A program made the translations under genes and the position numbers. A DNA stretch of 63,261 nt from an uncultured bacterium (GTDB lineage Bacteria; Auribacterota; Erginobacteria; Erginobacterales; Erginobacteraceae). The notes under the pieces were generated by a model. It was given only the letters and a program-made list of their open reading frames with translations, had not been told where the DNA came from and did not search any database. This document shows, in pieces, positions 55,312 through 63,261 of this stretch (within the stretch, counting starts at the first letter, position 1; each line of letters starts with the position of its first letter). Location of the stretch: contig CAKZYZ010000333.1 of NCBI GenBank assembly GCA_937885075.1, positions 1 through 63,261 on the forward strand. The letters are read 5' to 3'.

Positions 55312-56334
55312 ATGTTGAAGGTAGCGGTAGTCGGAGCGACCGGATATACCGGGTTGGAGTTGCTGAAAAGATTGATATCTCATCCCCGGGTTGAAATTAC
55401 ATCCCTCACGGCTAAAGTCGATAGTACAATCGGGATTCATGAGGTCTTTCCGGAATTGACCGGTCGGCTGGAGATGGACTGTACCAACCTCGATGTGGAG
55501 GAGGTATGCGCTAAAGCCGATTTTATCTTTCTGGCGCTTCCCCATACCGTCTCATTGATCTTCGCTCCGATCTTTATCAAAGCCGGCAAGAAGGTGGTGG
55601 ATCTCAGCGCGGATTACCGGTTTTCCGACACGAAAGTCTATGAAGAGTGGTATGGAGGTAAACATAGCGATCCGGAGGGAGTAGCTCAAGCGGTCTACGG
55701 CCTCTGTGAACTCTTTCGGGATCAGATCAAGAAAGCTTCTCTTCTGGCCAATCCTGGCTGCTATCCCACCGGTACGATCCTGGGGAGCTGGCCGGCGCTG
55801 AAGGCCGGACTGAGTCCGCGGGGTGAGATAATCGTCGATGCCAAGACCGGAGTAACCGGCGCCGGGCGGAAAGCCAGTCTGGCTCTCCTCTTCCCGGAAG
55901 TGAACGAGAATTTCAAGGCCTACAGCCTGGTATCACACAAGCACACTCCTGAGATGGAGGAGGTTCTGACCCGTCTGACCGGCCGACCGATAGGGGTAGA
56001 GTTCGCCCCTCATCTTCTCCCGGTCAACCGCGGTATCCTCAGTACAATATATATCCCTTTAGCGGAAGAGACATCCGAGGATGAGATTCTCGATATTTAT
56101 CGCCGGGAGTATGCCGCGGAGCCGTTTATAACCGTCTATCCGAGAGGAACTCTTCCCCAGCTCCGGGAAGCGGTTGGCACCAATAACTGTCTGATCGGTA
56201 TCCGGGTTAACCCCCGGACCAGAAACCTGATTGTGGTGAGCGCGATCGACAATCTCTTGAAAGGCGCCGCCGGCCAGGCAGTTCAGAATATGAATATAAT
56301 GGAAGGTTTTGCGGAGACGGAAGGACTGATTTAG
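55312..56334 (+). CDS. argC: N-acetyl-gamma-glutamyl-phosphate reductase
   Basis: VGATGYTG, and ANPGCYPT with the active-site Cys. Confidence 0.95.
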   Translation: MLKVAVVGATGYTGLELLKRLISHPRVEITSLTAKVDSTIGIHEVFPELTGRLEMDCTNLDVEEVCAKADFIFLALPHTVSLIFAPIFIKAGKKVVDLSADYRFSDTKVYEEWYGGKHSDPEGVAQAVYGLCELFRDQIKKASLLANPGCYPTGTILGSWPALKAGLSPRGEIIVDAKTGVTGAGRKASLALLFPEVNENFKAYSLVSHKHTPEMEEVLTRLTGRPIGVEFAPHLLPVNRGILSTIYIPLAEETSEDEILDIYRREYAAEPFITVYPRGTLPQLREAVGTNNCLIGIRVNPRTRNLIVVSAIDNLLKGAAGQAVQNMNIMEGFAETEGLI

Positions 56335-56346
56335 ACAGAACGATCT

Positions 56347-56440
56347 GTGAAAAGGTAAGCAGTAAACAGTAAGCGGTAAGCGGTTGGCCAGTTGCTTTTA
56401 CCGCTTACTGCTAACCGCTTACCGCTCACTAGCTTTTCAC
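56347..56440. repeat. Family B word-palindrome between argC and argJ
   Basis: GTGAAAAG + GTAAGCAGTAAACAGTAAGCGGTAAGCGG, centre TTGGCCAGTTGCTT, then TTACCGCTTACTGCTAACCGCTTACCGCTCAC + CTTTTCAC. Confidence 0.9.
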
Positions 56441-56466
56441 TATCTTTACCAGGACGATTATTATTT

Positions 56467-57687
56467 ATGCGAAAAAACATAAGACAAATTAAGACGCCAG
56501 ATTTGCCATTAGGCTTCAGAGCGGCCGGGATTGCCTCGGGAATTAAGAAGGACGGCAAGCCGGATATGGCCCTGATCTTCTCCGAAGTAGAGGCGACGGC
56601 GGCCGGAGCATTTACCACCAACCGGGTCGCGGCGGCGCCGGTCTGGCTGGATAAGAAAGTTATGGCCGGCGGTAGCTGCCGGGCGGTTATCGTGAACAGC
56701 GGCTGCGCCAATGCCTGTACGGGGGTTCAGGGAGAGGCTGACGCTGAAAGAATGGCGCGGTTGACCGCCGAGGGACTGGAGATAGATCCGGGAGAGGTCG
56801 TGGTCTGCTCGACCGGGCGGATCGGGAAACTGCTGCCGATGGAAAAGATCGCGGCGGGGATTACCGGGCTGACCGGGATCATCAAGGCTGGCGGCAATGA
56901 TTCAGCCAGTGATGCTATTATGACCACTGATACTCATCCCAAGCGGTTGTCGGTTGAGTTTGAAATTGGAGGCGTAGTCTGCCGGATCTGGGGGATCGCT
57001 AAGGGAGCTGGAATGATCTATCCCCGGATGGAAGTCGCTGCTATGCCCCATGCCACGATGCTGGCTTTCCTGGCTACCGATCTTGGAGTTGGTGCCGAGC
57101 TGCTGAGGGGTATGCTCTCGATCAGTCTTTCCCAGTCTTTCAATCGGATCACGGTTGACGGTGATACCAGCACCAATGATTCTGTTATCCTGATGGCTAA
57201 CGGAGAGTCGAAAGCTGCAATTGAGCCTGGAAGTAACGGCATGGAAGTATTTCAGGCCGCGCTCGATATGGTTACCGGAGAACTGGCCCGAATGATTGCC
57301 CGTGACGGAGAAGGCGCGACCAGGCTGATCAGGATTGAAGTCCGGTCCGCCCGAACCGGGGATGATGCGCGGCGGGCCGCCGCCGCGGTTGCCAACTCAC
57401 TACTCTTCAAGTGCGCCCTATACGGCGCTTCCCCTAATTGGGGGCGTCTTCTCGCCGCCCTGGGTTACTCCGGCGTTTTGATCGAAGAAAAAAAGATCGA
57501 AGTTTCTCTAAATGGAATAGCAATTGTTGAAAATGGATTGTTGCTGCAAGTACAGGCTGATATTATTGGAGCAAAGTTACATGAAAAAGAATTGGATTTT
57601 GTTATCGAACTTGGATTAGGAGAAGAAAGTGATTTGTATTATACTTGTGACATTTCTCCGGAATACGTGGAGATCAATAAGGAATAA
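56467..57687 (+). CDS. argJ: Bifunctional ornithine acetyltransferase / N-acetylglutamate synthase
   Basis: ATG 56467 gives MRKNIRQIKTPDLPLGFRAAG. The autoprocessing site region ..HATMLAFLATD is present. The ORF-track start at 56392 lies in a palindrome arm. Confidence 0.94.
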   Translation: MRKNIRQIKTPDLPLGFRAAGIASGIKKDGKPDMALIFSEVEATAAGAFTTNRVAAAPVWLDKKVMAGGSCRAVIVNSGCANACTGVQGEADAERMARLTAEGLEIDPGEVVVCSTGRIGKLLPMEKIAAGITGLTGIIKAGGNDSASDAIMTTDTHPKRLSVEFEIGGVVCRIWGIAKGAGMIYPRMEVAAMPHATMLAFLATDLGVGAELLRGMLSISLSQSFNRITVDGDTSTNDSVILMANGESKAAIEPGSNGMEVFQAALDMVTGELARMIARDGEGATRLIRIEVRSARTGDDARRAAAAVANSLLFKCALYGASPNWGRLLAALGYSGVLIEEKKIEVSLNGIAIVENGLLLQVQADIIGAKLHEKELDFVIELGLGEESDLYYTCDISPEYVEINKE

Positions 57688-57688
57688 T

Positions 57689-57715
57689 TTATTTTTTTCC
57701 GGAGGAAAAAAATAA
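57689..57715. repeat. AT-hairpin family copy between argJ and argB
   Basis: TTATTTTTTTCC-GGA-GGAAAAAAATAA. A GGAGG SD sits at the loop/stem junction, and the last stem A is the A of the argB ATG. Confidence 0.85.
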
Positions 57716-58596
57716 TGAAAAAAGTGATTCAGAAAGCCGCGGTATTGGTTGAGGCGCTTCCATATATCCAGTCATTCCAGAAAAAGGTGGTGGTAGTAAA
57801 ACTGGGGGGGAGCGCGATGATCTCTCCGGAATGTATCGAGGGAGTTCTGCGGGATGTGGTCTTTATGGAGGCGGTTAAGATGAAGCCGGTATTGGTTCAC
57901 GGCGGGGGTAACGCGATCAGCCTCCGGATGAAGGAAGCCGGAATTCAGCCCCAATTTATTGATGGACTGCGGGTAACCGATTTGGATGCAATCGGTATTG
58001 TGCGGGAGGTGCTCTCCGAGATTAATGGTACTTTAAGCGCGCAGATCCGCGATATGGGCGGAAGGGCGGTGGGGTTAGTTGATAAGTCGGAGTTGGTTAT
58101 TGAGGCTGGGAAACTTCTTCCCATGTTAGCCGGCAAGTCGGGGGAATCAAAACCGACTGACATCGGGTTTGTCGGAGAAGTCAGACGGATTGATGTGGAG
58201 GCTATCCGGAAGATTATCCGACGCGACCGGGTTCCGGTGATTGCTCCTCTAGGTAAAGATGAGAAAGGAAATGTATATAATATCAATGGTGATATGGCCG
58301 CCGGGGCGCTCGCGGCGGAACTGAAGGCGGAGAAGCTGGTCTTCCTCACCGATGTGGAAGGGATTATGACCAAATCGGATCACAGACAGATTCTTTCATC
58401 ATTGAAGAGAGAAGATATTGTCCGCTTGATGGACGAAGGGACGATTGCCGGGGGGATGATCCCCAAGGTGATGGCTGGTCTTCATGCTCTGGAGAACGGG
58501 GTCAAAAAGATTCATATCATCGATGGAAGGATCAAGCACTCGCTTCTATTGGAGATATTTACCGACAAAGGAATCGGGACCGAGATTGTTAATTAG
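57715..58596 (+). CDS. argB: Acetylglutamate kinase
   Basis: VVVKLGGSA..VLVHGGG..NINGDMAAG. Confidence 0.95.
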   Translation: MKKVIQKAAVLVEALPYIQSFQKKVVVVKLGGSAMISPECIEGVLRDVVFMEAVKMKPVLVHGGGNAISLRMKEAGIQPQFIDGLRVTDLDAIGIVREVLSEINGTLSAQIRDMGGRAVGLVDKSELVIEAGKLLPMLAGKSGESKPTDIGFVGEVRRIDVEAIRKIIRRDRVPVIAPLGKDEKGNVYNINGDMAAGALAAELKAEKLVFLTDVEGIMTKSDHRQILSSLKREDIVRLMDEGTIAGGMIPKVMAGLHALENGVKKIHIIDGRIKHSLLLEIFTDKGIGTEIVN

Positions 58597-58860
58597 GGAA
58601 TGGGGAGTGGGGAGTAGGGAGTGGGAGGCAAAGCACCGTGCTCGGCAAAAAATGAAATATTCAACCAGTCGCTGCCAAGGTCATGGCGGCCCAGGCGTCG
58701 AACTTTCAACATCGAACTTCGAACATCGAATGTCGAATGAGAAAAGCGACTAAGTCTAGGCGAAACAATTAGTGTGAATTAGTGTAATTAGTGGACAGCA
58801 AAGCCGCCCCGCCGAGGCGAAGCAATCAGAGTAATCTGTGTAATCCGTGGACAAAAAAAG
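58596..58860 (+). repeat. Mosaic between argB and argD (AGTGGGG words, degenerate M1, A words, module I copy 2)
   Basis: AATGGGGAGTGGGGAGTAGGGAGTGGGAGG. ACCAGTCGCTGCCAAGGTCATGGCGGCCCAGGCG. TCGAAC words at 58697-58739. Module I at 58759-58860 is about 88% identical by eye to 35688-35790. Confidence 0.85.
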
Positions 58861-58875
58861 GTAAGGAATAAAACG

Positions 58876-60066
58876 ATGAGCAAGACGGCAGACTACATTA
58901 AAGAATATGATAAATATGTCTTGGGGACCTATACCCGCAATCCCATAGTGATTGAACGGGGAGAAGGGTCGTGGGTCTGGGACGCGGAAGGGAAGAAGTA
59001 CCTGGATTTCTTTCCCGGCTGGGGGGTAAGCAGTCTGGGGCATTGTCATCCGGCCGTGGTTAAGGCGGTAAAAGAACAGGTTGGCCGTATTCTTCACATG
59101 CCGAATAATTTCTATAATGAATGGCAGGGACGCCTCGCCCGTAAGATCGTGGAGAAGGCATTTTCCGGGAAAGTATTTTTTGGCAACTCCGGAGCGGAAG
59201 CCAATGAGGGAGCGCTCAAATTGGCCCGGAGATTCGGCGAACCCGAAGGCCGGTTCGAGATCATCACAATGAATGCCTCCTTTCACGGACGATCTCTGGC
59301 TACCATTACCGCCACCGGTCAGGAGAAATACCACTCCGGGTTTGGTCCTCTCATCCCCGGCTTTAAGTATGTTCCGTTCAACGATCTCTCCGGTTTGAAG
59401 AATGCGATCACCGACAAGACAACGGCAATTATGCTGGAGCTGGTCCAGGGGGAGGGCGGCGTAAATGTGGCCCGGCCGGATTATGTTCAGGCTATCCGGG
59501 AGATCTGCGATGAGAAACGGATCCTGATGATTGTCGATGAAGTGCAGACCGGTATGGGAAGAACCGGAGAGTACTTTGTTTTTCAGACCTATGGGATTGA
59601 ACCGGATGTTATGACCCTGGCCAAAGCGCTGGGAGGCGGCCTGCCGATCGGCGCGTTTGTAGTTAAAGATGAATTTGCCGGATATCTTCCTCCCGGAACT
59701 CATGCCTCGACCTTCGGGGGGAGTCCGATAGTCTGTGCGGCTTCTCTGGCGGTATTCCAGGTGATGGAAGAGGGAAAGATTCTGGATAATGTTGGAGAGA
59801 TGGGTGATTATCTTCTGGAAGAGCTTCTCCGCCTTAAAGCGGAGTTTCCGATAATAAAGGAAGTCCGCGGGATTGGTTTGATGCTGGGTATAGAACTGGA
59901 CCGGGAAGGAAAACCGATTGTGGATAGCTGCCTGGATAAAGGGCTGATGGTTAACTGTACCGCCGGAAACATCCTGAGAGTAATGCCGGCCTGTAATATT
60001 AATAGAGATGAAATAAAGCATGCTATTATGATTCTGCGCGGGGTTTTGCGTGAGAATGGAGACTGA
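58876..60066 (+). CDS. argD: Acetylornithine aminotransferase
   Basis: Class-III aminotransferase: NSGAEANEGALKLAR, DEVQTGMGRTG, TLAKALGGG. Confidence 0.93.
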   Translation: MSKTADYIKEYDKYVLGTYTRNPIVIERGEGSWVWDAEGKKYLDFFPGWGVSSLGHCHPAVVKAVKEQVGRILHMPNNFYNEWQGRLARKIVEKAFSGKVFFGNSGAEANEGALKLARRFGEPEGRFEIITMNASFHGRSLATITATGQEKYHSGFGPLIPGFKYVPFNDLSGLKNAITDKTTAIMLELVQGEGGVNVARPDYVQAIREICDEKRILMIVDEVQTGMGRTGEYFVFQTYGIEPDVMTLAKALGGGLPIGAFVVKDEFAGYLPPGTHASTFGGSPIVCAASLAVFQVMEEGKILDNVGEMGDYLLEELLRLKAEFPIIKEVRGIGLMLGIELDREGKPIVDSCLDKGLMVNCTAGNILRVMPACNINRDEIKHAIMILRGVLRENGD

Positions 60067-60070
60067 AGGG

Positions 60071-60183
60071 AAATCAGTAATCAGTGATCGGTAATCAGTT
60101 GGCCCGGTGCCCGGTTGCCTGGTTAGGTTACTGATAACTGATTACCGTTTACTGATTACTTTTTTTAAATTACCGATTACTGT
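60071..60183. repeat. Family D word-palindrome between argD and argG
   Basis: Left arm AAATCAGTAATCAGTGATCGGTAATCAGT. Centre TGGCCCGGTGCCCGGTTGCCTGGTTAGG. Right arm TTACTGATAACTGATTACCGTTTACTGATTAC, with an extra TTACCGATTACTG. Confidence 0.9.
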
Positions 60184-60201
60184 TCAAGAAGGAGTAAACT
60201 G

Positions 60202-61398
60202 ATGAGCAAAGTAGTACTGGCGTATTCCGGGGGTCTTGATACCTCCATCATTTTGAAATGGCTCCAGACCGAGAAAGGGCTGGATGTAGTGGCTTTCATT
60301 GCCGACGTGGGGCAGGCGGAAGAAGTTGAGGAAGCCGCCCTGAAAGCGGAGAAGACCGGAGCGGTCGCGGTTTATGTGGAGGATCTTCAGGAAGAATTTG
60401 TCCGTGATTTTGTCTTCCCGGCCATCCAGGCCAACGCGGTCTATGAGGGGACCTATCTGCTGGGGACCGCCCTGGCCCGGCCCCTGATCGCGAAAAAGAT
60501 GATTGAGATCGCGGCAAAAGAGGGGGCGGAATATGTCTCCCACGGCGCGACCGGGAAGGGGAATGACCAGGTGCGATTTGAGATCAGCGCGATCGCGCTC
60601 AATCCCGATATCAAGATCATCGCCCCCTGGCGGGAGTGGAGTTACAGATCACGGAGCGATCTGATGGCTTATGCCCGGGAACATGGGATTGAGATCCCGG
60701 TAACCAAAGAGAAGCCGTACAGCAGCGACCGCAATCTCCTCCATATCAGTTTTGAGGGCGGTATCCTGGAAGATCCCTGGACCGCGCCGCCCGACGATAT
60801 GTTTCTTCTCAGTCTATCTCCTCAGGCGGCTCCGGATCGGACCACCACTATCGAGATTGAATTTAAGGGGGGGATCCCGATCGCGGTGGATGGAGAAGAG
60901 CTTTCTCCCGCCGCTCTGCTGGCCCGTGTGAACAAGCTGGGTGGGGAGAATGGAATTGGACGCCTTGATATCGTTGAGAACCGATATGTGGGGATGAAGA
61001 GCCGGGGTGTCTATGAGACACCGGGCGGGACCATTCTCCATGTCGCTCACCGGGCACTGGAGACGATCACCCTTGACCGGGAAGTCCTTCACTTCAAGGA
61101 TTCATTGATTACCAAGTACTCGGAGCTGGTCTATAACGGTTTCTGGTTCTCCCCGGAGATGGATCTCCTGAAAAAGACCATCTCAGAGAGCCAGAAATAT
61201 GTGAACGGTACGGTTCGGTTGGAACTCTATAAAGGCAACTGCATGGTAACCGGAAGAAAGTCCCCGAACTCCCTCTACGATCCGGAGATGGTGACCTTCG
61301 AGGAAGACGATGTCTACCAGCAGAGCGATGCCACCGGATTTATCCGGTTGAATGCTCTACGATTAAAGATTGGAGCTAAACTAAGAAAGAAGTTATAA
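60202..61398 (+). CDS. argG: Argininosuccinate synthase
   Basis: [23 protein letters not shown]. The last 5 codons and the stop coincide with a family-F element terminus. Confidence 0.96.
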   Translation: MSKVVLAYSGGLDTSIILKWLQTEKGLDVVAFIADVGQAEEVEEAALKAEKTGAVAVYVEDLQEEFVRDFVFPAIQANAVYEGTYLLGTALARPLIAKKMIEIAAKEGAEYVSHGATGKGNDQVRFEISAIALNPDIKIIAPWREWSYRSRSDLMAYAREHGIEIPVTKEKPYSSDRNLLHISFEGGILEDPWTAPPDDMFLLSLSPQAAPDRTTTIEIEFKGGIPIAVDGEELSPAALLARVNKLGGENGIGRLDIVENRYVGMKSRGVYETPGGTILHVAHRALETITLDREVLHFKDSLITKYSELVYNGFWFSPEMDLLKKTISESQKYVNGTVRLELYKGNCMVTGRKSPNSLYDPEMVTFEEDDVYQQSDATGFIRLNALRLKIGAKLRKKL

Positions 61399-61618
61399 GT
61401 GCCTGATGGGGAAAAGTTGTAAGTGCCTAAAGTGCGCTAAAGTGCCTAAAGTTGTTGCCTTCGCATAGGTGCATTGGTGAGCTTTCAGTGAACCAGCTAC
61501 TCCGTGTTCATAGCGGGGTGCTGTAGCCGCGGTCGCTGACCGCGGGAGGCAATGCCGAGAGCACCGAGGCGAAGGCGACAACTTTAGGCACTTAAGCGCA
61601 CTTTAGGCACTTATTACA
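61384..61618. repeat. Family F palindromic element between argG and argH, with a ~100-nt structured centre
   Basis: The left end AGAAAGAAGTTATAAGTGCC equals the argG 3' end. Left arm GTGCCTAAAGTGCGCTAAAGTGCCTAAAGTTGTTGCCTTCGC. Right arm GCGAAGGCGACAACTTTAGGCACTTAAGCGCACTTTAGGCAC. The centre has nested stems (GGTGCATTGG../..GGCAATGCC..GCACC; GCGGTC-GCTG-ACCGC). Confidence 0.9.
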
Positions 61619-61628
61619 TAGGAGGAAT

Positions 61629-63011
61629 ATGATGGCTGGCAAGCTCTGGGGAGGAAGGTTCCGGAAGAAGACCGATGAACTGATGGAAGATTTCAGCTCT
61701 TCTCTACCTTTCGATTGGCGTCTCTACCGGGCGGATATTAAAGCCGGTATCGCCCATGCCAGGATCCTGCGTGAAGGAGGATATCTTACCGCCGGAGAGA
61801 GGGACCGGATCATCCGGGCGTTGCAAGAGATCGAGAAGGAGATCGCGGCGGGGAAGCTTGATCTCAACTCCGGATATGAGGATATCCATAGTCTAATCCT
61901 GGCGATGCTCTCAGAGAAGACCGGAGTTCTGGGTGAAAAACTCCATGCCGGGCGATCCCGCAACGATCTGGTGGTTCTGGATACCCGGATCTATCTCAAA
62001 GAAGAGATCAATGGTCTGATTGAGCTAATCCGGGGATTACAGTCCGCCCTGGTGGAGAAGGGGATAGAGTACCGGGATCTGATCATGCCGGGATATACTC
62101 ATCTCCAGCACGCCCAATCGGTTCTGGTGCCGCACCATCTCCTGGCTTATGTCGAGATGCTGGCTCGCGACCGGTCCAGATTGGAAGATGCCCGGAAGCG
62201 GATGGATATTCTCCCGGCCGGCTCCGCGGCGATGGGCGGGAGTAACTTGAAGCTCGACCAGAAGCTATTGGCGAAACTGCTCGAATTCAAGGGTCTTGCC
62301 TCCAATAGTCTGGACGCGGTAGGAGATCGGGATTTCATCGTGGAGACCATCTCCGCCCTGGCGCTGATCGGGATGCACATCTCCCGGTTGGCCGGGGAAC
62401 TGGTCCTCTGGTCTACTTTCGAGTTCAATTTTGTCGAGTTTGACGAGGCATATTCGACCGGGAGCAGCTTCCTCCCGCAGAAAAAGAACCCCGATCCGGC
62501 TGAACTGGTCCGGGGTAAGGCCGGCCGGCTCTATGGGAACCTGCTCTCCGTCCTGGTTGCTTTGAAAGGATTGCCTCTGGCCTACAACCGTGATCTCCAG
62601 GAAGATAAGGAACCGCTCTTTGATTCACTCGATACCGTCCGGGATTCTCTGGCAATTATGGCCGGAGTTATCGGAACAATAAAATTTAATGCCGGCCCTC
62701 TCCAAGCCTCCGCCGAGAAGGGTTTTTCCTCCGCCCCGGATCTGGCGGAATATCTAGTAGATAAGGGGGTTCCCTTCCATCAGGCTCATCGGCGGGTGGG
62801 AGAGCTGGTTGCCTGGGCGATAAAAAATGGAAAGAGCCCGGAGGATATTACTCTGGATGATCTGAGGAAGTTTTCGCCCGCCTTTGACGGGCCGGCCCTG
62901 AAGCTGATGACCCCTCTGGCGTCGATCAAAGCAAAAAAGACCATAGGAAGCACCGCCCCGGCTCTGGTGAGACACCAGTTGAACCGGTGGAGGAAGAAGC
63001 TGGGGGGATAA
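61629..63011 (+). CDS. argH: Argininosuccinate lyase
   Basis: LWGGRF, GYTHLQHAQ, GSSFLPQKKNPD signature. Confidence 0.96.
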   Translation: MMAGKLWGGRFRKKTDELMEDFSSSLPFDWRLYRADIKAGIAHARILREGGYLTAGERDRIIRALQEIEKEIAAGKLDLNSGYEDIHSLILAMLSEKTGVLGEKLHAGRSRNDLVVLDTRIYLKEEINGLIELIRGLQSALVEKGIEYRDLIMPGYTHLQHAQSVLVPHHLLAYVEMLARDRSRLEDARKRMDILPAGSAAMGGSNLKLDQKLLAKLLEFKGLASNSLDAVGDRDFIVETISALALIGMHISRLAGELVLWSTFEFNFVEFDEAYSTGSSFLPQKKNPDPAELVRGKAGRLYGNLLSVLVALKGLPLAYNRDLQEDKEPLFDSLDTVRDSLAIMAGVIGTIKFNAGPLQASAEKGFSSAPDLAEYLVDKGVPFHQAHRRVGELVAWAIKNGKSPEDITLDDLRKFSPAFDGPALKLMTPLASIKAKKTIGSTAPALVRHQLNRWRKKLGG

Positions 63012-63100
63012 AGACCGAACGTTCAACTCTCAACTTTCAACTTTCAAAGGCACAGGCTGGCATAGAGCAACAGTCCGATCAGTCGGGTCCGACCGATCCG
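63008..63100 (+). repeat. Mosaic after argH (A' TTCAAC words + M2-like centre + E words)
   Basis: GATAAAGACCGAACGTTCAACTCTCAACTTTCAACTTTCAA contains the argH stop. Then GGCTGGCATAGAGCAACAG, then TCCGATCAGTCGGGTCCGACCGATCCGTCCGAT. The two arms are not complementary. Confidence 0.8.
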
Positions 63101-63193
63101 TCCGATTAATTCTTAGCTCAAGCTGAGATAATATTTCATGACTATTCGGTTAACTCAGTAAATATCTTATGCTATAGTAAGGAGATATGAAAA

Positions 63194-63261
63194 ATGGATC
63201 TCCGTAATGCCTCAAAAACAACACTTACCATATATACAAATGGGTTTACTGGAATTCCACG
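63194..63261 (+). CDS. 5' end of an unidentified ORF running off the window
   Basis: AAGGAG (63179-63184) lies 9 nt before ATG 63194. The frame MDLRNASKTTLTIYTNGFTGIP.. is open to the window end. The earlier ATG at 63187 stops after 6 codons. Confidence 0.3.
   Translation, partial: MDLRNASKTTLTIYTNGFTGIP

Overview
A 63.3-kb chromosomal segment of roughly 50% GC. It reads like the core genome of an uncultivated, probably anaerobic bacterium, but the phylum cannot be assigned from sequence alone. There are about 54 protein genes, nearly all housekeeping and mostly on the + strand. In order: family-4 UDG, a four-helix-bundle (23S-IVS-type) protein, priA, dnaK, groES-groEL, comF. Then an envelope-sugar block (polyprenyl-P sugar transferase, coiled-coil membrane protein, GT2, flippase-like protein, rmlA-like/rfbB/rfbD). 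Then trm112, aroQ, pepP, a PPi-type PFK, gmhA, heptose-1-P adenylyltransferase, thiC, a PfkB kinase, tRNA-Gly(CCC), HIT, LysM, phoH-pgpH-ybeY-(dgkA stub)-recO, glyQ/glyS, ppdK, a sigma-70 factor, apt, uppP and purC. Finally a minus-strand SDR/alpha-oxoamine-synthase/GNAT trio (possible ceramide pathway), a molybdo-oxidoreductase L-S-M + mocA cluster, rplM-rpsI and argC-J-B-D-G-H. I saw no transposase, integrase, CRISPR, rRNA or recognisable defence gene. The unusual content is non-coding. By eye about a tenth of the window, and nearly every intergenic gap, is filled by long imperfect palindromes. Their arms are tandem arrays of short 'words' of 7-10 nt, in at least ten word families (named A-L here). 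The arms are joined by short GC-rich centres and mixed with a few conserved modules (M1-M3, I). These elements start at or inside stop codons and donate the last codons and the stop of several genes. They run up to start codons and split canonical operons (glyQ|glyS, arg, xdh, phoH-pgpH-ybeY). They also truncate a cdd gene and nest inside one another. One composite copy encloses the four-helix-bundle ORF much as 23S rRNA intervening sequences do. Small conserved hairpin cassettes also sit immediately 5' of start codons that lack a Shine-Dalgarno (SD) sequence. This repeat system is my main candidate for something undescribed. All functional readings are inference, and repeat coordinates are approximate (a few nt).
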